A stretch of DNA of 64,000 nt from Candidatus Caribbeanibacter nitroreducens (GTDB lineage Bacteria; Gemmatimonadota; Gemmatimonadetes; Palauibacterales; Palauibacteraceae), in NCBI GenBank assembly GCA_947581645.1, contig CANPVF010000123.1:12838-76837 (forward strand), in the 5' to 3' direction. Made by a program: the position numbers and the translations under genes. Positions 1-9,793 of this stretch are shown piece after piece (positions within the stretch are counted from its first letter, which is position 1; each line of letters starts with the position of its first letter). The notes under the pieces were generated by a model that saw only the letters and a list, made by a program, of their open reading frames with translations, did no database searches and was not told the DNA's origin.

Positions 1-447
1 CGGATCTTCATGGCCGTGGTCCTGGGCCTGCTGCTGGCCTTCGGGCTCTCGGTGTGGTGGGAGGTCCGGGCCAGCTCCGAGGAGACCGGGAGCTCCGACG
101 CTGCCGCCGACACGGCTGCCGGGGAGGAGCCGCCGCGGGTGGAGGTGCTGAACGGCGCCGGGGAGCCGGGCATCGCCGAGACCACCGCGGAGCGCCTCCG
201 GAGCCGTGGCTTCGACGTGGTCTTCTACGGGAACGCCGAGGACTTCGACGTCCCGGCGACCCGGGTCATCGCCCGCTCGAACCGGGCCGCGGCCGCCCGG
301 AAGCTGGCGGCCGCCCTGCGCCTGGACAGCGCAGAGAGCGAGCCCCGCCCCGACCTCTACCTGGACGCCACCGTGATCCTCGGCGCCGACTGGCAGCAGC
401 ACATGCCGTCGGCCTCCGGCGACAGCGCGGGAGCGCCCGGAAGCTGA
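1..447 (+). CDS. LytR_C (cell-envelope-related transcriptional attenuator C-terminal) domain protein, 5'-truncated by window edge
   Basis: ORF runs from the window edge. The motif 'VEVLNGAGEPGIAETTAERLRSRGFDV...' is typical of LytR_C domains and the N-terminus is hydrophobic. Family call from memory. Confidence 0.5.
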   Translation, partial: RIFMAVVLGLLLAFGLSVWWEVRASSEETGSSDAAADTAAGEEPPRVEVLNGAGEPGIAETTAERLRSRGFDVVFYGNAEDFDVPATRVIARSNRAAAARKLAAALRLDSAESEPRPDLYLDATVILGADWQQHMPSASGDSAGAPGS

Positions 448-480
448 TCCCCGGGGGGCTCCGGGCCGCCCTCCTGCCGG

Positions 481-1590
481 CTACTCCGCGTCCTCCCCCT
501 CTCCGGACTGCTCCAGGCGGAGCTGGCCGCAGGCGGCGGCGATGTCCCGCCCCCGGGGCTGACGGACCGCCGCGCTGACCCCGTTCCGGTGCAGCCGCCG
601 GGCGAAGGCGGCCACCCGGTCGTCGGGGGTGGGCTCCCACTCCACGGCCGGGATCGGGTTGAAGGGGATCAGGTTCACGAAGCAGTCGAGGTCGGCGCAG
701 AGGTCGGCCAGCTGGTCCGCCAGCTCCTCGCTGTCGTTGAGCCCGTCGATGAGCAGGTACTCGAAGGTCACCCTCCGCCCGGTCTCCGCCTGGTACTCCC
801 GGATCGCCTCCATCAGCTCCGGGATGGGAAACCGCTTCTCGATGCGCATGATCTCCTGCCGGAGATCGTGGTTCGGCGCGTGGAGCGATACCGCCAGCCC
901 GAAGTTCTCCGGCCGCTCCGTCAGGGCGCGGATCCCGGGCACCAGGCCCACCGTGGAGACGGTGATGCGGCGCGCGCCGATCCCGAAGCCGCGGTTCAGC
1001 ACCGTCAGGGCGGGGAAGACGTTGTCCCGGTTCGCCATGGGCTCGCCCATGCCCATGAACACCACGTTCGTGATCTCTCGATCGTACTCCCGCCGGGCGG
1101 CCCGCTGGGCGTTCCGGAACTGGGCCGTGATCTCCTCCGTGCTCAGGTGGCGGTTGAAGCCGAAGTGGCCCGTGGCGCAGAACCTACATCCCAGGGCGCA
1201 GCCCGCCTGCGAGGAGACGCACAGGGTGAGGCGGTCCTCGGTGGGGATCAGGACCGACTCCACCTGTTCGCCGTCCTCCAGCTGCCACAGGTGCTTGATC
1301 GTGCCGTCCTCGGAGCGCGCCGTGTACGCGGGCTCCACGGCGGTGAGCGAGAAGCGGCGGCCGGCCTCGGCCCGCAGCTCGGTGGGGAGGGTGGTGATCT
1401 CGTCGAAGTCCAGGGCGCACTGGTCGTAGACCCAGTTCACGACCTGCTCGGTGCGGAACGACGGCTCCCCGGCCTCCTCCATGAAGGACCCGATCCGCCG
1501 CTCCAGGTCGTCGGGCTCCAGTCCCAGCAGGGGGACGGCGCCGGCGTCGTCGCCGGCGGTCGCGTTCGGGGCGGTGGTCTCGGCGGTCAT
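481..1590 (-). CDS. rlmN: 23S rRNA (adenine2503-C2)-methyltransferase RlmN (radical SAM)
   Basis: Radical-SAM 'CALGCRFCATG' CxxxCxxC motif, 'GMGEPMAN', and C-terminal 'AAACGQL' are typical of the RlmN/Cfr family. ATG at 1590 gives an N-terminal length matching RlmN; the ORF track's earlier start at 1650 is less likely. Confidence 0.85.
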   Translation of the reverse strand: MTAETTAPNATAGDDAGAVPLLGLEPDDLERRIGSFMEEAGEPSFRTEQVVNWVYDQCALDFDEITTLPTELRAEAGRRFSLTAVEPAYTARSEDGTIKHLWQLEDGEQVESVLIPTEDRLTLCVSSQAGCALGCRFCATGHFGFNRHLSTEEITAQFRNAQRAARREYDREITNVVFMGMGEPMANRDNVFPALTVLNRGFGIGARRITVSTVGLVPGIRALTERPENFGLAVSLHAPNHDLRQEIMRIEKRFPIPELMEAIREYQAETGRRVTFEYLLIDGLNDSEELADQLADLCADLDCFVNLIPFNPIPAVEWEPTPDDRVAAFARRLHRNGVSAAVRQPRGRDIAAACGQLRLEQSGEGEDAE

Positions 1591-1908
1591 GCAGGCTCCG
1601 GTGGGGTTCGTGCTCGGTTGCCGGTCCAGAATAGCTCCGGTTATACTCACGGGGCTCGGTTGCCCGACCGGCGGACGCCCGTCGGTCGGGTCTTAATACT
1701 GGACGTGCACCGTCGCCGTTCCCCCGTCCCCTGCCGATCGGCGGCGACGAGCGGCAGCGGCCGACCGCCCCGCGGCGACCATCTTCCCGCTCTCCTCCCC
1801 CGAGGGATGGCCCGTCGTGCCGCGGCCCGGGCGGCGGTTTCCCGACCGGGGGGAGGACGAGCCGGATGCAGCCGACGACCCGAACGACGCGCCAGGGAGG
1901 ACCGGAAG

Positions 1909-3771
1909 GTGACCGAAGGATCGGACGAGGACAGGAGCGAGACCGGAGCCACCGCCCTGCGTGACCTCCGGTGCGGCGAGGTGAGGGCCGGGGACGTCGG
2001 CCGGCAGGTGACGCTGACCGGGTGGGTCCATCGCCGCCGTGACCTGGGCGGCCTCTTCTTCGTCGACCTGCGGGACCGGGCCGGGGTGGTCCAGGTCTCG
2101 CTGGGGCCGGAGTGGACGTCGGAGGAGGCCCTGGAGCTGGGGCAGGAGCTGAATCCGGAGGACGTGATCCGGGTCACGGGCGAGGTGGTCCGTCGGCCCG
2201 AGGACGCGGTGAACCCCGACCTGCCCACCGGTGAGGTGGAGGTGCACGCGGAGGAGGTGGAGCGGCTCTCCGAGGCCGATTCGCTTCCCATCCTCGTGGC
2301 CATGCCTCCCGAGGAGGAGCTCCCCTCCGAGGAGCTCCGGCTCAGGCACCGGGTGCTGGATCTCCGCCGCCCGGAGATGCTGGAGAACTTCCGCGTTCGC
2401 CACCGTGCCACCGCCGCGGCCCGCCGGGCCCTGGACGAGGAGGACTTCCTCGAGGTGGAGACGCCCCTGCTGACCCGGCGGACGCCCGAGGGGGCCCGTG
2501 ACTTCCTGGTCCCGAGCCGCATGCACCGCGGCGAGTTCTACTCCCTGCCGCAGTCGCCCCAGCTCTACAAGCAGCTGCTCATGGTCTCCGGCTTCGACCG
2601 CTACTACCAGGTGGCGAAGTGCCTCCGGGACGAGGACCTGCGTGCGGACCGACAGCCCGAGTTCACCCAGATCGACGCCGAGATGGCCTTCGTGGGGGAG
2701 GAGGACGTGCAGCGCGTCTGCTCCCGCATGCTGGCCCGGATGTGGGAGGAGGGCGCGGGGGTCCGTCCCGAGCTCCCCTTCCCGAAGATCGCCTACGACG
2801 AGGCGTTGGAGCGCTACGGCACCGACTCTCCCGACCTCCGGGTCCCCTGGGAGCTGGAGGACTTCTCCGAGTCCCTCACCGGCATCGGGTTCCGGATCTT
2901 CGACGGGGCGGTGAAGGCCGGCGGACGGGTGCGGGGCTTCGTGGCCAGCACCGGCGCCGGGCAGGAAGCGGCCGCCGATCGCCTCTCCCGCTCGGACCTG
3001 GACGAGCTGGACGCCCTGGCGCAGGACCGGGGAGCCAAGGGCGTGCTGTGGCTGAAGTCGGAGGAGGACGGCTGGTCGGGGCCGCCGGCGCGCTTCCTGG
3101 AGGACCATCCGGAGGCCGCCGAGGCCCTGGGGCGCGATCACGGCGTGGAGCAGGGAGACGTGGTCCTGCTGGTGGCGGGGGCGGACGCGGAGACCGGCCC
3201 GCCGCTCTCCGCCCTCAGGCGGGAGACGGCCCGCCGGCTGGATGCTCTGGAGGAGGACGCTCATCGCTTCGCGTGGATCGTCGAGTATCCGCTCTTCGAG
3301 GAAGATCCCGAGACCGGGGAGCCCGTGCCGAGCCACCACCCGTTCACGCTCCCCAGGACCGACGATCCCGAGCGGGTCGTCGAGGAGCCCCTGGCCGCGA
3401 AGAGCCACGCGTACGACGTCGTGTACAATGGAACGGAGATTTGCAGCGGGAGTATTCGTTGCCACGATTCGGCCCTTCAGCGGGCCATCTTCACGGTTCT
3501 CGGACTCTCCTCCGAGGAGGCGGAACAGCGCTTCGGATTCCTGCTGGAGGCCTTCCGGTACGGCGTTCCGCCGCACGGCGGCTTCGCCGTGGGCCTCGAT
3601 CGGACCGTCGCCCTGCTGGTCGGCGCGGACTCGATCCGTGACGTGATCGCGTTTCCGAAGACGACGGCGGCCCGGGGCCTGATGGAGGGGGCGCCGTCCC
3701 CGGTGGACGAGGCGGAGCTGACCGAGCTGGGCCTGGAGCTCCGGCGCGGAGGATCGGGCCCGCGCGGATGA
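1909..3771 (+). CDS. aspS: aspartyl-tRNA synthetase
   Basis: N-terminal anticodon-binding OB fold 'RCGEVRAGDVGRQVTLTGWVHRRRDLGGLFFVDLRDRAG', class II motifs ('FYSLPQSPQLYKQLLMVSGFDRYYQVAKCLRDEDLRADRQPEFTQID' and 'GFAVGLDR'). GTG start at 1909 is preceded by GGAAG. The upstream part of the 1060-aa track ORF is antisense to rlmN and spurious. Confidence 0.9.
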   Translation: MTEGSDEDRSETGATALRDLRCGEVRAGDVGRQVTLTGWVHRRRDLGGLFFVDLRDRAGVVQVSLGPEWTSEEALELGQELNPEDVIRVTGEVVRRPEDAVNPDLPTGEVEVHAEEVERLSEADSLPILVAMPPEEELPSEELRLRHRVLDLRRPEMLENFRVRHRATAAARRALDEEDFLEVETPLLTRRTPEGARDFLVPSRMHRGEFYSLPQSPQLYKQLLMVSGFDRYYQVAKCLRDEDLRADRQPEFTQIDAEMAFVGEEDVQRVCSRMLARMWEEGAGVRPELPFPKIAYDEALERYGTDSPDLRVPWELEDFSESLTGIGFRIFDGAVKAGGRVRGFVASTGAGQEAAADRLSRSDLDELDALAQDRGAKGVLWLKSEEDGWSGPPARFLEDHPEAAEALGRDHGVEQGDVVLLVAGADAETGPPLSALRRETARRLDALEEDAHRFAWIVEYPLFEEDPETGEPVPSHHPFTLPRTDDPERVVEEPLAAKSHAYDVVYNGTEICSGSIRCHDSALQRAIFTVLGLSSEEAEQRFGFLLEAFRYGVPPHGGFAVGLDRTVALLVGADSIRDVIAFPKTTAARGLMEGAPSPVDEAELTELGLELRRGGSGPRG

Positions 3772-3881
3772 CAGGGACGACACGAACGAGGTAGCACGAG
3801 CATGGACAACGAACGACGGAGCTTCTGACGATCGAACAGCAGAGCGCAGTCGACAGTTCCACCGTCGAGCACCGGCTCTCC

Positions 3882-4838
3882 GTGGAGGGCGCCGACCAGC
3901 TCCTCCTCGCCGGCGTCAACGATTCTCACCTCACCGCCCTGTCCCGCCTGGCCGACTGTCGGGTGATCCTGCGCGGCGACGAGCTCATCCTCTCCGGTCC
4001 CCCCGAGGCGGTCGAGGAAGTCGTCCCCGTGGCGAAGCGGATGGTCCGCCAGGCCCGCCTCCACGAGCCCCTGGACGTGGGCGACGTGGAGCGGTACTAC
4101 CGGGAGGCCACCGACGGCCAGGGCCCCTCGGAGTTCGACGCCTCCTCCGACGAGGCCGAGGAGGTGTCGGTCACGCTCCCCCAGGCCGGGAAGCTGATCC
4201 AGCCCAAGTCGGAAGGGCAGCGGCGGTACCTGGACGCCATGCAGAACAACGACGTCACCGTGGGCATCGGGCCGGCGGGGACGGGGAAGACGTACCTGGC
4301 CGTGGCGAAGGCCGTGGCGGCCCTCCACCGGAAGCGCGTCCGAAAGATCATCCTCACCCGTCCGGCCGTGGAGGCCGGCGAGGAGCTGGGCTTCCTGCCC
4401 GGCGACATCCGGGAGAAGGTGGACCCCTATCTGCGGCCCCTGTACGACGCCCTGGGCGACATGATGCCCCGGGAGGAGATGCAGCGGGCCATCGAGGAGG
4501 AGACGGTGGAGATCGCGCCCCTGGCGTACATGCGGGGGCGGACGCTGTCGGACGCCTTCCTCATCCTGGACGAGGCCCAGAACGCCACCACCGCCCAGAT
4601 GAAGATGTTCCTCACCCGCCTGGGCCTGAACTCGCAGGTGGTCATCACCGGCGACAAGACCCAGATCGACCTCTCGCATCCCGGCGCCTCCGGACTGATC
4701 GAGATCGAGGAGCTCCTGCGCGGCATCGACGGCATCGAGTTCGTCTACCTGAGCGAGACGGACGTCGTGCGCCACCGCCTGGTGAAGGAGATCATCCGGG
4801 CCTACCGGGACCAGGACGACGACGGCGGGCCCAGCTGA
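3882..4838 (+). CDS. phoH: PhoH-like ATPase (YbeZ family)
   Basis: Walker A 'GPAGTGKT' and a PhoH-family core, immediately followed by the yqfF and ybeY homologues as in the conserved ybeZ-ybeY operon. GTG start; the exact start is uncertain. Confidence 0.85.
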   Translation: MEGADQLLLAGVNDSHLTALSRLADCRVILRGDELILSGPPEAVEEVVPVAKRMVRQARLHEPLDVGDVERYYREATDGQGPSEFDASSDEAEEVSVTLPQAGKLIQPKSEGQRRYLDAMQNNDVTVGIGPAGTGKTYLAVAKAVAALHRKRVRKIILTRPAVEAGEELGFLPGDIREKVDPYLRPLYDALGDMMPREEMQRAIEEETVEIAPLAYMRGRTLSDAFLILDEAQNATTAQMKMFLTRLGLNSQVVITGDKTQIDLSHPGASGLIEIEELLRGIDGIEFVYLSETDVVRHRLVKEIIRAYRDQDDDGGPS

Positions 4839-4842
4839 CGAC

Positions 4843-7176
4843 ATGAAGGCCCCCGGCCGATGGCAGAAGTGGCGCCGCAGCCTGCGCGCCGTGGATCGGT
4901 CGCCGGGGAGCGGATGGCGGGAGCGCGTCTCCCACCACGGGTTCCGGGTGCTGATCGCTGCGGCCGGAGCCCTGGCCGTCGTCATCCTCTTCCCCCGGTC
5001 CCCCCTGCCGGACTTCGCCCTCCTGGAGGAGGGCATGGTGGCCCAGGAGGACGTGATCGCCGAGATCCCGTTCACCGTGGAGAAGTCACAGGAGCAGCTG
5101 GAGGAGGAACGGCGGCAGGCGGAGCAGAGCGTGTCGCCGCGCTTCGACCTGGCCCCGGGCGTCGCCGACAGCGCGGCGGCCCGGGTCGAGCGCTTCTTCG
5201 CCGGCCTCGACAGCGTGGCGGCCGCGGGTGGCGGGCGGCAGGCCGTGCGCAGCTGGCTCCAGGGCCGCGGGCTGAGCCCGAGCGCCGAGCAGGTGGACTA
5301 CCTGATGGGCGCCGGGAACCGGGCGCAGCTCCGGAGCGAGCTCACGGGCGCCTTCCGGAGCCTGCTTCCGGACGGCGTGGCCCCCTCCTCGGACCTGCAG
5401 CAGGTGACCGCCCCCCGGGTCGTCGTGCAGCGGTCCGGCGGCGAGGACCGCCTGGTGGACCGGGACTCCGTCACCTCGCTCGGCGAGTTCTACGACCGGG
5501 CCGCGTCCCTACCCCTGGCCGATTCCGCGGCGGCCTCGGTGGCCCTGTACGAGACGATGGTGGTCCGCTTCGCCCGCCCCACCCTGACCCTGGATCGGGC
5601 CGAGACCCGCCAGGCCCGGCGGCAGGCCCGGGCGGCGGTGGCGGAGACGGCCGGCGAAGTGCTGGAGGACGAGCTCATCGTGGCGGCCCACGAGCGGGTC
5701 GGGGCCGCCGAGATGCAGGAGCTGCGGGCGTACCGGGACGCCCTCCTGGAGCGGAGCGCTGCCAGCGGGGAGGGGCGCCTCGTGCAGGGACTCGGCGGGT
5801 TCGCCTACGCCGGGCTCCTCCTGGGCCTCTTCGGCGGCGTCCTCTTCCTGTACCGCCGGGAGGTGTACGAGAGCGCCAGCGGCTTCCTGATCGTCTTCGG
5901 CTCCATGCTGCTCGTCCTGGGGGCCGCCGCCATCGTCGCCCGGACCGAGGCCTCGGTCCTGCTGATCCCGGTGGCCTTCGCCGCGCTGATCACGGGCGTC
6001 CTGTACGACGGCCTGCTGGGCGTGCTCACGACCCTCTTCCTCACGGCGCTCCTGGCCGGACAGCCCCCGTTCGTGGGCATCACCGCTCCCTTCACCGCGG
6101 CGGTGGCCGGGACGGCGGCGGCCGTGGGCGTGCAGTGGATCGAGCGCCGGGCCCAGAGCTGGATGCTCATCGCCGCCGTGGCCGGCGGCTACGTGCTGGC
6201 CGGGGGGACCCTGGCCCTGCTCCGGTACTTCTCGCTGGGCGACCTGGCCGCCGCTGCGGGGTGGGGGAGCGTGAACGCCACCCTGAGCACCGTCCTGGCG
6301 GTGGGCGCCGTGGTGCCGGCCCTGGAGAACCTCACCGGCATCACCACGGACCAGACGCTCCTGGAGCTCTCCGACCTGAACCGGCCTCTCCTCCGCCGCC
6401 TCTCGCGCGAGGCGCCGGGCACCTACGCCCACTCGGTGAACGTGGCCAACCTGTCGGAGGCCGCCTGCCAGGCCATCGGCGCCAACGCGCTTCTGGCCCG
6501 GGTCGGCGTCTACTACCACGACATCGGGAAGATGGCCCGACCCCACTACTTCATCGAGAACCAGCCGAAGGGGCGGAATCCCCACGACCGGCTCCGGCCG
6601 TCGCGCAGCGCGGAGGTGATTCGCGAGCACGTCCGGGAGGGGCTGCGGATGGCGGAGGAGGCGGGCCTGCCGGAGGCCGTGAAGTGCTTCATCAGCGAGC
6701 ACCACGGGACGCGGAAGATCGGCTACTTCCTGGAGAAGGCGAAGCGCGAGGAGCCCGAGCTGGACCTGGATCCGGGCGACTTCGCCTACCCGGGTCCGAA
6801 GCCGCAGCGCAAGGAGACGGCGGTGGTGATGCTGGCCGACGGAATCGAGTCCGCCTGCCGGGCCCTGCAGGATCCGTCGCCGGAGAGGATCCGCGAGGTG
6901 ATCCGTCAGATCATCCGGGAGCGGATCGAGGAGCGCCAGCTGGACCAGTGCCCGCTCACGCTGCGGGACCTGAACCGGATCGAGGACCAGTTCGCCCGTG
7001 TGCTCACGGGCATGTACCACCACCGGATCGACTACCCGTCCGCCGCCGGCGGCGTGACGGCCGAGCCCACCCCCCCACCGGACGTGCGGCCCGAGGAGAC
7101 CCCGGCGGGCTCCGGGCGGGAGGCGCGCACCGGCGGTGAGGCCGCGGGAGCGGCCTCCGCCTCACCGTCCCGGTGA
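4843..7176 (+). CDS. 7TM receptor with intracellular HD hydrolase domain (YqfF / 7TMR-HDED family)
   Basis: Long extracytoplasmic N-region, a block of about 7 TM helices (aa about 320-520), and a C-terminal HD domain ('YYHDIGK...ISEHHGT'). It sits between phoH-like and ybeY and its stop overlaps ybeY (ATGA at 7173-7176). Confidence 0.8.
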   Translation: MKAPGRWQKWRRSLRAVDRSPGSGWRERVSHHGFRVLIAAAGALAVVILFPRSPLPDFALLEEGMVAQEDVIAEIPFTVEKSQEQLEEERRQAEQSVSPRFDLAPGVADSAAARVERFFAGLDSVAAAGGGRQAVRSWLQGRGLSPSAEQVDYLMGAGNRAQLRSELTGAFRSLLPDGVAPSSDLQQVTAPRVVVQRSGGEDRLVDRDSVTSLGEFYDRAASLPLADSAAASVALYETMVVRFARPTLTLDRAETRQARRQARAAVAETAGEVLEDELIVAAHERVGAAEMQELRAYRDALLERSAASGEGRLVQGLGGFAYAGLLLGLFGGVLFLYRREVYESASGFLIVFGSMLLVLGAAAIVARTEASVLLIPVAFAALITGVLYDGLLGVLTTLFLTALLAGQPPFVGITAPFTAAVAGTAAAVGVQWIERRAQSWMLIAAVAGGYVLAGGTLALLRYFSLGDLAAAAGWGSVNATLSTVLAVGAVVPALENLTGITTDQTLLELSDLNRPLLRRLSREAPGTYAHSVNVANLSEAACQAIGANALLARVGVYYHDIGKMARPHYFIENQPKGRNPHDRLRPSRSAEVIREHVREGLRMAEEAGLPEAVKCFISEHHGTRKIGYFLEKAKREEPELDLDPGDFAYPGPKPQRKETAVVMLADGIESACRALQDPSPERIREVIRQIIRERIEERQLDQCPLTLRDLNRIEDQFARVLTGMYHHRIDYPSAAGGVTAEPTPPPDVRPEETPAGSGREARTGGEAAGAASASPSR

Positions 7177-7685
7177 CGGTCGAGCTCCACTTCAACCGCT
7201 TCGACGAGTGGACGGCGGCCCGGGAGGCGCTGCCGGCGGCAGAGCGGGCGGCCCGGGACGCGCTCTCCCGCCGTGATCCTCCGGAGGGCGACGGCGGGGA
7301 GAGCCCGGGCGGAGAGGTCTCCTTCACCTGCCTGGCCGCGGACGAGATCACCGAGATGAACCGCCGCTACCTGGACCGCGACCGCCCCACCGACGTCATC
7401 GCCTTTCCCCTCTCCGACCCCGACGCGCCGCCGGTGGGCGACGTCTACCTGTGTCCGGACGTGGCCCGGGAGTCGGCCGCCGAGCGCGGGCTCCCGGCGG
7501 CGGAGGAGATCGTGCGGCTCGTCGTCCACGGCGCCCTGCACGTCCTGGGGCACGTGCACCCGGAGGGAGAGGGGCGCGAGTCCTCGGAGATGTACCGCCT
7601 GCAGGAGGAGATCGTGGAGCGGGCGCTGGAGCGGGGCGCACCCGGGCGCCGGGGCGGGGCGGCGGAGGGCGAGGACCGGGCGTGA
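7173..7685 (+). CDS. ybeY: rRNA maturation endoribonuclease YbeY
   Basis: Metal-binding motif 'HGALHVLGHVH' (HxxxHxxxxxH) typical of YbeY, with the right size and operon context. Confidence 0.85.
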   Translation: MTVELHFNRFDEWTAAREALPAAERAARDALSRRDPPEGDGGESPGGEVSFTCLAADEITEMNRRYLDRDRPTDVIAFPLSDPDAPPVGDVYLCPDVARESAAERGLPAAEEIVRLVVHGALHVLGHVHPEGEGRESSEMYRLQEEIVERALERGAPGRRGGAAEGEDRA

Positions 7686-8425
7686 AGGAGCTCGGCGAGC
7701 GGCTCCGGCGGTACCTGGTCCTGGGGCTCATCGTCATCGCCCCGCTGGGGGTCACCGCCTTCGTCCTCCGCTGGCTCTTCGAGCGCATCGACGTCATCAT
7801 TGGCCGGTACCTGCCGCCGATCGCCGGGACGCGGTGGCCCGGCCTCGGCATCGCCGCCCTGGTGGTGCTCCTGCTCATCGTCGGGTGGATCTCGGACCGC
7901 ACGCTGGGCCGGCGGGTGCTGGAGCGGTGGAACAACATGCTGTCGCGCGTCCCCCTGGTCCGACGGGTCTACGGCGCGTCCTCGCGGGTCGTGCAGTCGG
8001 TGCTCGACCGGGACGAGAACCTCTTCCGGTACTGCGCCCTCATCGAATACCCGGAGCCGGGCTCCTGGGCGCTGGCCTTCGCCACGGCCCGGGCGCCGGC
8101 GGAGGTGGAGCGGGAGCTCGGGTCCCGTGCGGTGAGCCTGTTCCTGCCCACCGTGCCGAACCCGACGAGCGGATACCTTCTCATCCTGCCGGAGGAGCGG
8201 GTGCGGCGTCTCGAGATGAGCGTGGAGGACGGGTTCCGGATGATCCTCTCCGTGGGAGCGGCCGTGCCCGCCGAGGGCGAGGTCGACGGGGACGGCGTGC
8301 AGCTGGCGGAGGAGCCGGGCAGCGCGCCGCCGGGATCGGCCGGGCCGGCGGAGCTGGACGAACTGGACGAGCTGGACGAGACAGCGGCGAGCGACGCGCC
8401 GGAGGCGAAGGGAGAGTCGGAGTGA
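7682..8425 (+). CDS. DUF502-family membrane protein
   Basis: GTG start overlaps the ybeY stop (GTGA). Two N-terminal TM helices and a conserved 'YLLILPEE' region typical of DUF502; acidic 'DELDELDE' tail. Family assignment from memory. Confidence 0.6.
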   Translation: MKELGERLRRYLVLGLIVIAPLGVTAFVLRWLFERIDVIIGRYLPPIAGTRWPGLGIAALVVLLLIVGWISDRTLGRRVLERWNNMLSRVPLVRRVYGASSRVVQSVLDRDENLFRYCALIEYPEPGSWALAFATARAPAEVERELGSRAVSLFLPTVPNPTSGYLLILPEERVRRLEMSVEDGFRMILSVGAAVPAEGEVDGDGVQLAEEPGSAPPGSAGPAELDELDELDETAASDAPEAKGESE

Positions 8426-9756
8426 AGCCGGAGGAGCGGGGCCCCTATCTCCAGAGCCTGCTGGAGCAGAAGAGCACCGGGGAGGTTCGCGAGTACTTCG
8501 CCAGCCTCCACCCCAGCGACGTCGCGGACCTCCTGGAGGACCTGAACGAGGACGAGCGCCTGTGGGTGCTCTCCATCCTCCCGACGGAGCTGGCCTCGGA
8601 GTCCCTGGCCGAGATGGAGGAGGCCGAGCACCCGGGCGAGCTCCTGACGCGGCTGGACCCGGACCGCGTGGACGAGCTCGTGGCCGAGCTGGCGGACGAC
8701 GACGCGGCGGACCTCATCGGCGAGCTGGGGCCCGAGGAGCAGGCCCGCGTCCTCTCCACCGTGGAGGGCGGGGACGAGATCCAGGAGCTCCTGGAGTACC
8801 CGGAGGAGACGGCGGGCGGGATCATGACCCGCGACCTCATCGCCGTCCCGTCGGGACACACCTGCGGCGAGGCCCTGGACGAGATCCGCCGGCAGGCGGC
8901 CGAGATGGAGGACTTCTACTCCATCTTCGTCACCGACCGGAACGGCAACCTCCGGGGGGTGGTCAGCCTGCAGGACCTGGTGCTGGCCCAGCCCGGGACG
9001 CCGATCCTGGAGGAGGTGGAGGACCCGCCGGCGCTGGTCTCGGTGGAGACGGACCAGGAGGACGTGGGGCGGGCGCTGTCCCGGTACAACATGGCCTCCA
9101 TCGGCGTGGTGGATCCGCTCAACCGGCTCGTGGGTCGCGTCACCTTCGACGACGTGATCGACGTCATCGAGGCGGAGACCACCGAGGACATCCTCCGCTT
9201 CGCCGCGGTCTCCGACGAGGAGGAGGTCCGGGGCGGCACGCGTGAGGCCATCCGGAGCCGGCTCCCGTGGCTCATCGCCAACCTGGGCACCGCCGCCCTG
9301 GCGGCCTCCGTGGTCTGGTACTACCAGGACACCATCGACGCCATCGTCACCCTGGCCGCCGTGATGCCGATCATCGCGGGCATGGGCGGCAACGCCGGTA
9401 CGCAGGCGCTGGCCGTCACGGTCCGACGCATCGCCGTGGCCGACGAGTCCCTCACCGAGCGGTGGCGCGTGGTGGGCAAGGAGGTCGTGGTCGGCCTGGT
9501 GAACGGCCTGGTGCTGGGCGGCATCCTGGCGCTGGCCGGGCTCTTCCTGGCCGGCCAGCCCATGTACGGCCTGGTGGTCATGATGGCCATGTGGGGCAAC
9601 CTGATCGTGGCCTCCTTCGCCGGCGCCTTCATCCCGATCTTCCTCGAGAGCCTGGGGGTGGACCCGGCGGTGGCCTCGTCCATCTTCGTCACCGCCCTCA
9701 CCGACCTGGCCGGCTTCTTCCTGCTGCTGGGCCTGGCGTCGGCCCTGCTGCTCTGA
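8422..9756 (+). CDS. mgtE: magnesium transporter MgtE
   Basis: N-domain, tandem CBS domains ('GIMTRDLIAVPSGHTCGEALDEIRR...') and a C-terminal 5-TM domain with 'MGGNAGTQ' and 'TDLAGFF' motifs. GTG start overlaps the DUF502 stop. Confidence 0.85.
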   Translation: MKPEERGPYLQSLLEQKSTGEVREYFASLHPSDVADLLEDLNEDERLWVLSILPTELASESLAEMEEAEHPGELLTRLDPDRVDELVAELADDDAADLIGELGPEEQARVLSTVEGGDEIQELLEYPEETAGGIMTRDLIAVPSGHTCGEALDEIRRQAAEMEDFYSIFVTDRNGNLRGVVSLQDLVLAQPGTPILEEVEDPPALVSVETDQEDVGRALSRYNMASIGVVDPLNRLVGRVTFDDVIDVIEAETTEDILRFAAVSDEEEVRGGTREAIRSRLPWLIANLGTAALAASVVWYYQDTIDAIVTLAAVMPIIAGMGGNAGTQALAVTVRRIAVADESLTERWRVVGKEVVVGLVNGLVLGGILALAGLFLAGQPMYGLVVMMAMWGNLIVASFAGAFIPIFLESLGVDPAVASSIFVTALTDLAGFFLLLGLASALLL

Positions 9757-9793
9757 TGGTGTTTCGGACACGGAGGACGGGGGGAGCGACCCG

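Noticed and set aside
589-1908. N-terminal extension of the 1060-aa ORF containing aspS
   Set aside because: It is antisense to rlmN. The AspS anticodon-binding domain begins right after the GTG at 1909.
4860-7139. 759-aa plus-strand ORF in an alternative frame over yqfF
   Set aside because: It overlaps the 7TM-HD gene out of frame and is Gly/Arg/Pro-rich. The other frame has TM helices and an HD motif.
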